A stretch of DNA of 64,000 nucleotides from an uncultured Rhizobium sp. (GTDB taxonomy: Bacteria; Pseudomonadota; Alphaproteobacteria; Micropepsales; Micropepsaceae). The notes beneath the pieces were generated by a model. The model worked only from the letters and a program-made list of their open reading frames with translations, had not been told where the DNA came from and did no database searches. Where the stretch lies: positions 6,553 through 70,552 of the forward strand of contig CAZEFQ010000168.1 in the NCBI GenBank assembly GCA_964511505.1, in the 5' to 3' direction. This document shows, in pieces, positions 1-11,833 of this stretch. Each line of letters begins with the position of its first letter. The first letter of the stretch is position 1. Both the position numbers and the translations under genes were made by a program.

Positions 1-246
1 TTCCCGCTGGCGTTGGTCGGCCGTCGGCCCGTATTGGGCAAAGCCCGCGAAGCCGCGCTGTTGATCGCTCCGCTGTCCCTGCTGATTTTGCGCCTGCTCC
101 TGCCTGCCATGGCCCTGGTCCGGAACCGCATTTTGTTCATGTCCGCCCCGCTGAAACCTGGGATCGTTATGGCCTTGCGCGAAGGCAGGCGCCGTGCTCA
201 AGGCGACAATGGATGCAAAAGCGCCCGAAACCAGCCACTTGCTCAT
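1..246 (-). CDS. Secreted Gln/Gly/Arg-rich protein, 5' part only (runs off window start)
   Basis: Not in ORF track. Manual translation MSKWLVSGAFASIVALSTAPAFAQGHNDPRFQRGG..., GGAGGA RBS, AFA-Q signal peptide, no stop before base 1. Confidence 0.65.
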   Translation of the reverse strand, partial: MSKWLVSGAFASIVALSTAPAFAQGHNDPRFQRGGHEQNAVPDQGHGRQEQAQNQQGQRSDQQRGFAGFAQYGPTADQRQRE

Positions 247-347
247 GCTGTCCTCCATACCGGTAGATTAAACCCGGAAGGGGAAAGCCAGGTTCCTTTT
301 CTTTCCCGCCTCCCCTATGGTCCGGCCGCATTTTCGCCGGATTTGCA

Positions 348-824
348 ATGTCGGTTTTCCTGGTCCGCCCCGCCCGGCCTGATGAGGCGGGCCTGATCCT
401 TTCCCTGCTCAAGGAACTGGCGGCTTATGAAAAGCTGCCCATCACCATCGGCGAAGAGGATATCGCCTTCGATTTTTTTGGGCTCAGGCCCCTGATCGAA
501 TGCGAACTGGCATTTGAGGGCGAAACCCCGGTCGGGCTTGTCACCTATTACTGGACGTATGCCACCTTCCGCGCCGCGCGCCGGCTTTATCTGGAAGACC
601 TGTTCGTGCTGCCGGCGTTTCGTGGGCGCGGCTATGGCAAGGCATTGCTGGCCCATCTGGCCAGGAAAGGCCTGGCGGCGGGCGCGGCGCGGCTGGAATG
701 GCAGGTGCTGGACTGGAACGCGCCGGCGATCCGCTTCTATCAAAGTATAGGCGCTCATCCGCATGAGGGCTGGTTCACCTATTGGCTGGAAGGCGATGCC
801 TTGACGGCATTGGGGGCGGATTGA
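348..824 (+). CDS. GNAT N-acetyltransferase (diamine/SSAT-like)
   Basis: LYLEDLFV..RGRGYGKAL, VLDWNAPAIRFY motifs; TTGA overlap with folA. Confidence 0.9.
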   Translation: MSVFLVRPARPDEAGLILSLLKELAAYEKLPITIGEEDIAFDFFGLRPLIECELAFEGETPVGLVTYYWTYATFRAARRLYLEDLFVLPAFRGRGYGKALLAHLARKGLAAGAARLEWQVLDWNAPAIRFYQSIGAHPHEGWFTYWLEGDALTALGAD

Positions 825-1285
825 GTGTCACCCTGATCCTTGCCATGGCGGAAAATGGCGTCATTGGAAAGGACGGCCAGATCCCCTGGCGCATTGCCGA
901 AGACTTGAAGCGTTTCAAGGCGCTCACTTTGGGTAAGCCCGTCATCATGGGGCGCAAGACCTGGGACTCTCTGCCGAAAAAACCGTTGCCGGAGCGCCGC
1001 AATATCGTGGTGACGCGGCAGGGAGACTTTCACGCCGCCGGCGCCGAGATCATGCCCATTGACGATGCGCTGAGGCTCGAAAACGCCATGGTGATCGGCG
1101 GGGCGGAGATTTATCAACTCGCTCTGCCTTTGGCCAGCCGCATCGAACTCACCGACGTCCATCGCGATTTTGACGGCGACGCCGTGTTCACCTTTGAGCG
1201 CAGGGGCTGGAAAGAAATCGCCCGCGAGGATCACGTCACGCCGGAAGGGCTGGCCTATAGTTTCGTGACGTTGCTCAGAGCCTGA
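821..1285 (+). CDS. folA: Dihydrofolate reductase
   Basis: AMAENGVIG..IPW..EDLKRFK..IMGRKTW..LPERRNIV, IGGAEIY; TTG start overlapping upstream stop. Confidence 0.95.
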   Translation: MSVTLILAMAENGVIGKDGQIPWRIAEDLKRFKALTLGKPVIMGRKTWDSLPKKPLPERRNIVVTRQGDFHAAGAEIMPIDDALRLENAMVIGGAEIYQLALPLASRIELTDVHRDFDGDAVFTFERRGWKEIAREDHVTPEGLAYSFVTLLRA

Positions 1286-1288
1286 TCC

Positions 1289-1440
1289 CCGCCGCTCGCA
1301 CAAGCTCGCGGCGTTGGCTTAGCTTTTCTTGGTGGGCGACGCTCACCTAGAAAAGCTTGCCCTAGCCGAGCGCAGCGAGGATGCGTCTCTCGGAATGATT
1401 CACTGGATCATTCCGTTCGCCTGCGGCGAACCGCTCCTCA
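1289..1440. repeat. Cluster of palindromes (REP/MITE-like) between convergent genes
   Basis: Hairpins agcttttct-ggtgggc/gctcacc-agaaaagct (1321-1357), cggaatgat/atcattccg (1391-1415), gttcgcc/ggcgaac (1415-1431). Confidence 0.55.
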
Positions 1441-2547
1441 CTACTCGATAATTATCTTCGGCGCCGGCCTGTCCGCGGTCTTGAGCGCCTCCGCCACCTT
1501 CTCCGCCACGGCTGCGAACGCCTTGGCTTCGGGTCCATCCGGCGCCTCCACCATCACCGGCGTTCCGGCGTCGGAGGTTTCCCGGATGCGCGGCAAGAGC
1601 GGTATCTCGCCCAGGAACGGCGTGCCCAGTTTTTCCGCCGTCTGGCGCGCGCCGCCCTGGCCGAAAATATGATGGGCATGGCCGCAATCGGGGCAGATGA
1701 AGACACTCATATTCTCCACCAGGCCCAGGATCGGCACTTCCGTCTTGCGGAACATGGCGATGCCCTTCTTGGCGTCGATCAGGGCAATATCCTGCGGGGT
1801 GGAGACGATCACCGCCCCTTTCAGCGGCACGCGTTGGGCGATGGTGAGCTGGGCATCGCCGGTGCCCGGCGGCATGTCCAGCACCAGTACGTCAAGCGGC
1901 GCCCACAGCACATCGTTCATCATCTGGGTGAGCGCCGATTGCACCATCGGTCCCCGCCAGATCATGGCCTCGTCTTCCTTGATCAGAAAACCGATGGACA
2001 TGGTCTTGAGGCCATATTTCTCGATCGGTTTGAGCTTCCTGCCTTCCGCCTCCGGTTTGTGGGTGATGCCAAGCAAGCGCGGTACCGAGGGACCATAAAT
2101 ATCGGCATCCAGCAGCCCCACTTTCAGCCCCAGCCGCTTCAGGCCGAGCGCCAGGTTGACCGCGACCGTGGATTTGCCGACCCCGCCCTTGCCGCTCGCC
2201 ACCGCGATGATGTGACGAACGCCGGGAATGCCCTGCGGTGGAGGCGGCGCCTGACGGGCCGGGCCGCCCTGGCCTTGCTGGGGCTCCGCTTGGTGCGCGG
2301 CCCCCATTTGATGGGCGGTCAGCACGGCGGTGACGGACAGGACACCCGGCACCTGGCGGGCTGCCGCTTCACATTCCGCCCGCAACGGTTCCGCCGCAGG
2401 GCCCCGCCGGGCCGGGACTTCCAAGGCAAAGCCGACATGACCCCCTTTAACCACCAAGCCGGTGATCATGTCTTGCTGTACCACACTGCGGCCGCTGGCC
2501 GGGTCAATCACCTGGTCCAGGGCCTTCCATATGTCATCACGGTTCAT
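1441..2547 (-). CDS. mrp: Mrp/ApbC Fe-S cluster carrier ATPase
   Basis: SGKGGVGKST, DADIYGPS, DMPPGTGD, ENMS..CPDC. Confidence 0.95.
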   Translation of the reverse strand: MNRDDIWKALDQVIDPASGRSVVQQDMITGLVVKGGHVGFALEVPARRGPAAEPLRAECEAAARQVPGVLSVTAVLTAHQMGAAHQAEPQQGQGGPARQAPPPPQGIPGVRHIIAVASGKGGVGKSTVAVNLALGLKRLGLKVGLLDADIYGPSVPRLLGITHKPEAEGRKLKPIEKYGLKTMSIGFLIKEDEAMIWRGPMVQSALTQMMNDVLWAPLDVLVLDMPPGTGDAQLTIAQRVPLKGAVIVSTPQDIALIDAKKGIAMFRKTEVPILGLVENMSVFICPDCGHAHHIFGQGGARQTAEKLGTPFLGEIPLLPRIRETSDAGTPVMVEAPDGPEAKAFAAVAEKVAEALKTADRPAPKIIIE

Positions 2548-2674
2548 CAGGGGCTTATAACAGCCGGTGCGGCGTCAGAGGAACCGGGGCTTTTTTCAGG
2601 GCCGGGAAGGCAATTTCGCCCTGTTTGCGTTCCCAACAGGGAGCTATTCTAAGGCAAGAATCCGGGAGCTTATC

Positions 2675-4126
2675 GTGATCCGCCGTCTTATCCTGTCCCT
2701 TCCCCTCGCTTTTCTCCTGGCCGCGCCTGCTTTCGCGCGCGGCGCGCCAGACTCCTTCGCCGATCTTTCCCAGAAGCTGCTTCCCAGCGTGGTCAATATC
2801 GCCACCTCCCAGATGCTGAAAGCGCAACCCAAGCAGGACATGCCCGCCCTGCCGCCGGGCTCGCCCCTGGAGGACCTGTTCAAGAATTTCATGGGGCCCA
2901 ATACGCCCCGCCGGGTCACCTCCCTGGGCTCCGGCTTCATCATCGATCCCGCCGGTTATATCGTCACCAACAATCATGTGATCGAGAATTCCGAGCAGAT
3001 CACCGTCACCTTGAATGACGGCTCGAGCCTGCCCGCAAAGGTGGTGGGGCGCGACACCAAGACCGACCTCGCTCTGCTCAAGGTCACGCCCAAGAAGCCC
3101 TTGCCCGCCACCCATTTCGGTGACAGCGACAAGGCACGTATCGGCGACTGGGTGATTGCCATCGGCGATCCCTTCGGCCTGGGTTCCACAGTAACGGCGG
3201 GCATCATCTCGGCGCGCAACCGCGACATCAATGCCGGGCCTTATGACGATTTCATCCAGACCGATGCTCCGATCAATCGCGGCAATTCCGGCGGGCCTCT
3301 TTTCAACATGGACGGTGAGGTGGTGGGGATCAATTCGGCGATCTTCTCGCCTTCCGGCGGCAGTATCGGCATCGGCTTTTCCATTCCCTCCAATATGGCG
3401 CGCGATGTGGTCCAGCAGCTGCGCCAGTTCGGCGTGGCGCGGCGCGGCTGGATCGGGGTGCGCATCCAGGGCGTAAGCGAAGAGGTGGCCGAGGCCATGC
3501 ATCTGCCCGGCACCCAAGGCGCGCTGATCGCCGGTGTGACGCCGGGCAGCCCCGCAGCCAAGGCCGGCCTCAACGCAGGCGATCTGGTGACCGGTTTTGA
3601 TTCCAAGCCGATCACAGATTTCCGCAATCTGTCGCGCGTGGTCGCGGCCACGCCCGCCGGCAAGACGGTCAATGTGGACGTGCTGAGAGGCGGGCGCAAA
3701 GTCAGCGTCCATATGGTGGTGGCCAAGCTGGACGAAACCACGCCCGACAAGCCGGGCAAGGCGCCGAGCGCTCCCAAACTTCCCGGCAATGGTCCTGCCA
3801 AGCCCCAATCCAACAACGGGCCGCCTTCCAAACTCTCGCAATTGGGATTGTCGCTGGGAGCGCTGGACGGAGCGGCGCGCGCCAAGTTCAAGCTCCCCGG
3901 CAATGTCGAGGGGGTAGTGGTGAGTGAGGTCAGCCCCGACAGCCCCGCCGCGGACAAGAATATCCGCCCAGGTGATGTGATCATCGAAGTGCAGAACCAG
4001 AAGGTGAAAAGTCCCGACGATGTGGAGAACCGGATTGCCGCCGACATCAAGGCCGGCCGCAAAGTCGAGCTGATGCTGGTGAGCCGGGGCGGCGATTCGA
4101 CCTATGTGGGGTTGCGTCTGGATTGA
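2675..4126 (+). CDS. degQ: Periplasmic DegP/DegQ (Do) serine protease with two PDZ domains
   Basis: TNNHV, DLALLK, GNSGG triad motifs; signal peptide after GTG 2675. Confidence 0.92.
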   Translation: MIRRLILSLPLAFLLAAPAFARGAPDSFADLSQKLLPSVVNIATSQMLKAQPKQDMPALPPGSPLEDLFKNFMGPNTPRRVTSLGSGFIIDPAGYIVTNNHVIENSEQITVTLNDGSSLPAKVVGRDTKTDLALLKVTPKKPLPATHFGDSDKARIGDWVIAIGDPFGLGSTVTAGIISARNRDINAGPYDDFIQTDAPINRGNSGGPLFNMDGEVVGINSAIFSPSGGSIGIGFSIPSNMARDVVQQLRQFGVARRGWIGVRIQGVSEEVAEAMHLPGTQGALIAGVTPGSPAAKAGLNAGDLVTGFDSKPITDFRNLSRVVAATPAGKTVNVDVLRGGRKVSVHMVVAKLDETTPDKPGKAPSAPKLPGNGPAKPQSNNGPPSKLSQLGLSLGALDGAARAKFKLPGNVEGVVVSEVSPDSPAADKNIRPGDVIIEVQNQKVKSPDDVENRIAADIKAGRKVELMLVSRGGDSTYVGLRLD

Positions 4127-4138
4127 GCGGGGGGCTGT

Positions 4139-4447
4139 GTGGGCATCCTGGTGATTTGTTCCTACAGGCCCAAGAGCGAAGCGGCGCGGCGGCTGATGGA
4201 CGATCATGTGCCGCTGTTGCACAAACACGGCCTTGTCACCGAGCGCACGGCGATACGCGGCGCGGGCCGGAACGGCGAATGGGTCGAGATTTTCGAATGG
4301 GTTTCGGAGGAAAAGTCCCGTGCCGCGCCGGGCATCCCTGAAATCGGCGCTCACTGGAAAACCATGGCGGAGGCGATGGATTTTGTGCCTCTGGCTTCGC
4401 TGGCCGAGAGCCAGAATCCTTTCGCCCACTTTATCCCTCTGGCGTAA
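4139..4447 (+). CDS. Small hypothetical protein (possibly dimeric alpha/beta barrel-like)
   Basis: Compact ORF 12 bp after degQ; VEIFEWVS motif. Confidence 0.6.
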   Translation: MGILVICSYRPKSEAARRLMDDHVPLLHKHGLVTERTAIRGAGRNGEWVEIFEWVSEEKSRAAPGIPEIGAHWKTMAEAMDFVPLASLAESQNPFAHFIPLA

Positions 4448-5300
4448 TCTCGCTGTCGCGATAGCCCTGCAGATACAGGAGCGCGGTAAGATCGTTATGC
4501 GCAATGGAGGCCGCCGCTGCCTCCGCCACCAGCGGTTTGGCATGATAGGCGACACCTAACCCCGCTTTTCGGATCATCGCCAGGTCGTTGGCCCCGTCGC
4601 CCACCGCCAGACTGTCTTCCAAGCCGATGCCGAGCCGGGCCGCGGTCTCTTCCAGCGCTCTCAATTTTCCTTCCCGTCCCAGGATCGGCTCGCCGATCAT
4701 GCCGGTCAGCCGCGTGCCGTCATCCAGTAGCGTGTTGCCATGTTCGGCGTGAAAGCCGGCCGTTTCCGCCACCCGCCGGGTGAAATAATGAAAGCCGCCG
4801 GACACCAAGAGCGTGTGTGCGCCATGCGCGCGCATGGTGGCGATCAGGCTTTTGGCGCCGGGATTGAGCCGGACCCGCTCGGCATAGGTCTTCTCCAGCG
4901 CCGAAAGCGGCAGGCCCTTCAACATGCCAACCCGCTCGCGCAAGGCGGCTTCAAACGCGATCTCCCCCCTCATCGCTCTTTCGGTGATGGCGGCGATCTC
5001 AGGCTTCAGTCCGGCCATGTCGGCCAGCTCGTCCAGGCATTCGACATTGATGATGGTGGAATCCATGTCCGCCACCAGCAGCTTCTTGCGGCGATGAGCG
5101 GTGGCGACGAGATTAGTGTCGAGCTTCAGTCCTTCCGCCAGCACCCGCGCCTCGGCCAGCAAAAGGGGCGCATCGCTGCTGACATTGTTCATCGGCAGGT
5201 CAAAGGCATGACCGGGCGAGAGGATGCATGCAGGCCCGGCGCCCAGCTTCTTGAAAAGGCCCGGCGCCGCGCCCTTGCCGATGACATTTAAAACTAACAT
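4431..5300 (-). CDS. serB: Phosphoserine phosphatase
   Basis: HAD motifs DMDST, VSGGF, GDGANDL; divergent from miaA as in many Alphaproteobacteria. Confidence 0.95.
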   Translation of the reverse strand: MLVLNVIGKGAAPGLFKKLGAGPACILSPGHAFDLPMNNVSSDAPLLLAEARVLAEGLKLDTNLVATAHRRKKLLVADMDSTIINVECLDELADMAGLKPEIAAITERAMRGEIAFEAALRERVGMLKGLPLSALEKTYAERVRLNPGAKSLIATMRAHGAHTLLVSGGFHYFTRRVAETAGFHAEHGNTLLDDGTRLTGMIGEPILGREGKLRALEETAARLGIGLEDSLAVGDGANDLAMIRKAGLGVAYHAKPLVAEAAAASIAHNDLTALLYLQGYRDSEITPEG

Positions 5301-5353
5301 TCTGGCAGAACCAACATACTGGCTCGATGCGCTTTGACGCTTGCTCATCACCG

Positions 5354-6265
5354 ATGACGTTTGACGCCGTGCTTATTGCAGGACCCACTGCCAGCGGCAA
5401 GTCGGCGGCCGCTCTGGCGGTGGCCGAAGCCTTCAACGGCGCGATCATCAATGCCGATTCCATGCAAGTGTACCGGGAAGCGCCGATCCTGACCGCCCAG
5501 CCGCGAAAGGAAGACAAAGCACGTGTGCCGCATCTGCTCTACGGTCATGTTTCCGCTTATGAGGTCTATTCGGCCGGCCGTTATGCGGCCGATGTCGTCC
5601 TTGCGTTGCGGGACGTGCGCGAAGCGGGCCGGCTTCCCATCTTTACCGGCGGCACCGGGCTTTATCTTACGGCTTTGACGGAAGGTCTGGCGGATATTCC
5701 CCCCATTCCGGCGGAAATACGCGTGCGTGCCCGCGCCCTTCTGGATGAGATCGGTGTCGCGCGCCTCCATGCAAGGCTGGCCGAGCGCGATCCCCATACG
5801 GCATCGCGCCTGCGCCCGACCGATCCGCAACGGGTGCTGCGCGCATTTGAAGTGTGGGAGGCCACCGGCCGTCCTTTGGCGCATTGGCAGCAATCGCCTT
5901 CCGAGCCGGTGTTGAAAGGTCTCAAGCTCGCGAAAATCGTGTTCGATCTGCCGCGCCCGGAGTTGCGGACCCGCATCGCCCAGCGGTTCGGCAACATGGT
6001 GGAAAAGGGAGCGCTGTCTGAGGCGCACGCCTTGAAAGAGCTTGATCCAGCCTTGCCTGCCGCAAGGCTCCTGGGCTTAAGGTCCCTCATTGCCCTCAGC
6101 GAGGGCCGGCTCAGCAAAGAAGAGGCCCTGGAGGAAGCCGTTGCCGCAACGCGGCAATTCGCCAAGCGCCAGATGACTTGGTTCCGGCAGCGCATGGGCG
6201 ATTATGTCTGGATGAACCCGAACGAAAGCAATATTATTTCCATATTGCGGCGAAATGATGCATGA
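5354..6265 (+). CDS. miaA: tRNA dimethylallyltransferase
   Basis: GPTASGKS, DSMQVY, GGTGLY, TRQFAKRQMTW. Confidence 0.96.
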   Translation: MTFDAVLIAGPTASGKSAAALAVAEAFNGAIINADSMQVYREAPILTAQPRKEDKARVPHLLYGHVSAYEVYSAGRYAADVVLALRDVREAGRLPIFTGGTGLYLTALTEGLADIPPIPAEIRVRARALLDEIGVARLHARLAERDPHTASRLRPTDPQRVLRAFEVWEATGRPLAHWQQSPSEPVLKGLKLAKIVFDLPRPELRTRIAQRFGNMVEKGALSEAHALKELDPALPAARLLGLRSLIALSEGRLSKEEALEEAVAATRQFAKRQMTWFRQRMGDYVWMNPNESNIISILRRNDA

Positions 6266-6271
6266 AATTGC

Positions 6272-6300
6272 TTGACGGGGCAAAAAGCCACTTTTATGGT
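6272..6300 (+). promoter_or_regulatory. Sigma70-type promoter of ilv operon
   Basis: TTGACG (6272-6277), 17 bp, TATGGT (6295-6300). Confidence 0.7.
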
Positions 6301-6308
6301 GCGCCGCG

Positions 6309-6359
6309 ATGAAGGCATTGCTTGTATTCATTGGAAGGCCATCGCCCGGACGGGATTGA
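6309..6359 (+). CDS. ilv attenuator leader peptide MKALLVFIGRPSPGRD
   Basis: Leu-Leu-Val-Phe-Ile control codons directly upstream of a terminator and ilvI. Confidence 0.75.
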   Translation: MKALLVFIGRPSPGRD

Positions 6360-6389
6360 CCCCTCACCGACCGGCAGGATGCATTTACC

Positions 6390-6419
6390 AGGGGCGGCAA
6401 CGCCCCTTTCTCTTTTTTT
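6390..6419 (+). terminator. Attenuator terminator of ilv leader
   Basis: aggggcg-gcaa-cgcccct then U-tract; cccct (6360-6364) can pair with the 5' arm as antiterminator. Confidence 0.8.
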
Positions 6420-6442
6420 GGCGCTTTTTTTGGATTGACGAC

Positions 6443-8239
6443 ATGGACAAAGACGACACCGCAGACAATGCCCTGGCCACCGCTGCCCCCGCCGGCACCA
6501 TGACCGGCGCCGAAATGGTGATCCGCGCCCTCAAAGACCAGGGAGTCACCCATATCTTCGGCTACCCCGGCGGCGCCGTCCTTCCCATCTATGACGCGCT
6601 CTTCGCCGAGCAGGGCATCGTCCATGTGCTGGTGCGCCATGAGCAGGGCGCGGTGCATGCGGCGGAAGGCTATGCCCGCTCCACCGGCAAGCCAGGCGTG
6701 GTGCTGGTCACCTCCGGGCCCGGCGCCACCAACGCGGTCACCGGTCTCACAGACGCCTTGATGGATTCCATTCCGGTGGTCGCCATCACAGGCCAGGTTC
6801 CCACCCACCTGATCGGCACCGATGCCTTCCAGGAATGCGATACGGTCGGCATCACCCGGCCCTGCACCAAGGACAATTGGCTGGTGCGCGATGTGGCCGA
6901 TCTCTCGCGCACGCTTCATGAAGCGTTCCAGATCGCCACCACCGGCCGGCCCGGCCCCGTGGTGGTGGACATTCCCAAGGATGTGCAGTTCCAGAAGGGC
7001 GTCTATCTGCCGCCCGGCAATGTCCAGCACCGCAGTTACCGGCCAAAGACCGAGCCAGACCCGGGCGCGATTGCGCGCGCGGTGGACATGATGGCGGCGG
7101 CAAGGCGGCCGATCTTCTACACCGGCGGCGGCATCATCAATGCCGGGCCGGAAGCTTCCAAGGCGTTGCGCGAATTGGTGGACCTGACCGGCTTTCCCAT
7201 CACTTCGACCCTGATGGGGCTGGGCGCCTTTCCCGCCTCGCGGCCCGAATGGCTTGGCATGCTGGGCATGCACGGCACCTGGGAAGCCAATCACGCCATG
7301 CATGATTGCGATCTGATGATCTGCCTGGGCGCGCGCTTCGACGATCGCGTTACCGGCCGCATCAATGCTTTCTCCCCCGGTTCGAAAAAAATCCATCTCG
7401 ACATCGATGCGTCGCAGATCAACAAGGTTGTTTCCGCCGATCTTCCCATTGTTGCCGATGCCGCGCGCGCCGTCCGCGAGATGGTCACCGCCTGGAAGGC
7501 GAAAAAGAAGCAGGTGGACAAGCCGGCATTGAAAGAATGGTGGGCGCAGATCGACACCTGGCGGGGGCGCAAATCGCTGGCCTATAAACCGTCCGACACG
7601 CTGATCAAGCCGCAATATGCCATCGACCGGCTCTATGAATTGACCAAAGATCGCGAGGTCTATGTCACCACCGAAGTGGGCCAGCACCAGATGTGGGCGG
7701 CGCAGCGCTTCAAATTCGAGCAACCCAATCGCTGGATGACCTCGGGCGGGCTGGGCACCATGGGCTATGGCCTGCCAGCGGCGGTGGGGGTGCAGCTCGC
7801 CCATCCCGGCGCGCTGGTGATCGACATCGCCGGCGAAGCCTCGGTGCAGATGACCATGCAGGAAATGTCCACCGCCATGCAGTACGACCTGCCGATCAAG
7901 ATCTTCATTCTCAACAATGAATATATGGGCATGGTTCGCCAATGGCAGGAATTGCTGCATGGCGGGCGCTATTCCCATTCCTATTCCGCGGCGCTTCCCG
8001 ATTTCGTCAAGATGGCCGACGCTTTCGGTTGTCTTGGGCTGCGCGCCGAAAAGCCGGCCGAACTCGACGACAAGATCCGCGAGATGATCGGCGTCAACAG
8101 GCCGGTCTTGTTCGACTGCCGTGTCGATCCGGCGGAGAATTGCTATCCCATGATCCCATCGGGCAAGGCGCATAATGAGATGATCTTGACCCCCGACGAC
8201 GGCGGTGAAGTCAGCGATGCCGGAAAGATTCTGGTCTGA
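6443..8239 (+). CDS. ilvI: Acetolactate synthase large subunit
   Basis: FGYPGGA, RHEQGA, TSGPGATN, VGQHQMWAAQ, SGGLGTMG. Confidence 0.96.
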   Translation: MDKDDTADNALATAAPAGTMTGAEMVIRALKDQGVTHIFGYPGGAVLPIYDALFAEQGIVHVLVRHEQGAVHAAEGYARSTGKPGVVLVTSGPGATNAVTGLTDALMDSIPVVAITGQVPTHLIGTDAFQECDTVGITRPCTKDNWLVRDVADLSRTLHEAFQIATTGRPGPVVVDIPKDVQFQKGVYLPPGNVQHRSYRPKTEPDPGAIARAVDMMAAARRPIFYTGGGIINAGPEASKALRELVDLTGFPITSTLMGLGAFPASRPEWLGMLGMHGTWEANHAMHDCDLMICLGARFDDRVTGRINAFSPGSKKIHLDIDASQINKVVSADLPIVADAARAVREMVTAWKAKKKQVDKPALKEWWAQIDTWRGRKSLAYKPSDTLIKPQYAIDRLYELTKDREVYVTTEVGQHQMWAAQRFKFEQPNRWMTSGGLGTMGYGLPAAVGVQLAHPGALVIDIAGEASVQMTMQEMSTAMQYDLPIKIFILNNEYMGMVRQWQELLHGGRYSHSYSAALPDFVKMADAFGCLGLRAEKPAELDDKIREMIGVNRPVLFDCRVDPAENCYPMIPSGKAHNEMILTPDDGGEVSDAGKILV

Positions 8240-8241
8240 CA

Positions 8242-10459
<2,218 letters not shown>

Positions 10460-10621
10460 CCCGCGTAGCCAAATCATCCCCGGTCGCCGGTACGAGGAAA
10501 GGAAATCCAGCGCATTGCCGTCACAATAAGTTCACAAAACCCGCTGTTTTTTCCGGGTAGCGGTTAACGGGCTCAAAACCCAATCCATCTAGGTTTTCGG
10601 CGGGCGAGCACCGGGTTTTTC

Positions 10622-11833
10622 TTGTCTGCAATAATTTCAGCGATGGCGGCCGAACCCTGTGAGACAGCGGGACAATTGGCCTTTCCCTGGCCATCGCTTC
10701 ACGCCGGCCAGACATGCGGTGAAGTATCCAACTGGCTCCAGGCCAATCCCGGGATATCCGCCGCCGCAATCCTGGATGACGAGGGCGCCATTGTCGGTAT
10801 CGCCAACCGGCTGATCTACCTGGCGCGCTATGCCCGCCAATATGCGCCGGAGCTCTACAGCAAGAAGCCGGTGATGGTGATGGCAAGCAAGGATCCACTG
10901 GTGGTGGATGAAAATGTCCCGGTGAGCGATCTGGGCGCCACCCTCCTGATGGAGAACCCCAACGCCCTGATCGAATGCTTCGTGGTAACCAGGCGCGGGC
11001 GCTATTTCGGCATCGTCACCGGCGAGGCTCTGTTGCGCAGCAAAGTGAAGCTGGCGCAGACCCGCGAAAACCGCCTTCAGGAAGCGCTGCAGGCCGCCAA
11101 GGCTTCGGCCAAGGCGAAGGGTGATTTCCTCGCCTTGATGAGCCATGAACTGCGCACGCCCCTCAATGCCATTATCGGCTTTTCGGAGATATTGGGCTCG
11201 GAGATGCTGGGGCCGCTGGGCCATGCCCGCTATCTGGAATACGCCCATGACGTGCACGGCGCCGGCCGGCATCTGCTGGCGCTGATCAACGATATTCTCG
11301 ATCTCTCCAAGGCGGAGGCGGGACGTTTTGAACTGAACGACGAAGAGGTGGTGCCGGCCGACCTGGTGGGCGAATCCGTGAAGATGATGCGAGTCCGCGC
11401 CCAGGAAGCCGGATTGACGTTAAGCGCCCAGCTGGAGCCCGGTCTTCCCAATATCGTCGTGGACCGGTTGCGGCTGAAACAGGTCCTGATCAACCTGCTT
11501 TCCAACGCCGTGAAATTCACGCCTGCCGGCGGCAAGGTGGAAATATCCGCTTTCGCCAGCGGTGCGGGGGACCTCATTTTGACGGTGCGCGACACCGGCA
11601 TCGGCATGGCGCCGGAGTCCATTCCCGAAGCCTTGGAGCCCTTCCGCCAGATATCCTCGCCTTTCGCCCGCAAGGTCGAAGGCACCGGACTTGGCCTTTC
11701 GCTGGTCAAATCGCTGATCGAATGCCATGGCGGGCGGCTGGAAATCGAAAGCGCGCTGAAGCAGGGCACGCTGGTGCGCCTGGTATTGCCGGCGGAACGG
11801 ACGATCCGGAAGCGCAACGCGCTCTCAGCTTAA
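10622..11833 (+). CDS. Cytoplasmic sensor histidine kinase with N-terminal CBS-like domain (start uncertain)
   Basis: MSHELRTPLNAIIGF, NLLSNAVKFT, DTGIG, GTGLGL; no obvious TM helix. Confidence 0.88.
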   Translation: MSAIISAMAAEPCETAGQLAFPWPSLHAGQTCGEVSNWLQANPGISAAAILDDEGAIVGIANRLIYLARYARQYAPELYSKKPVMVMASKDPLVVDENVPVSDLGATLLMENPNALIECFVVTRRGRYFGIVTGEALLRSKVKLAQTRENRLQEALQAAKASAKAKGDFLALMSHELRTPLNAIIGFSEILGSEMLGPLGHARYLEYAHDVHGAGRHLLALINDILDLSKAEAGRFELNDEEVVPADLVGESVKMMRVRAQEAGLTLSAQLEPGLPNIVVDRLRLKQVLINLLSNAVKFTPAGGKVEISAFASGAGDLILTVRDTGIGMAPESIPEALEPFRQISSPFARKVEGTGLGLSLVKSLIECHGGRLEIESALKQGTLVRLVLPAERTIRKRNALSA

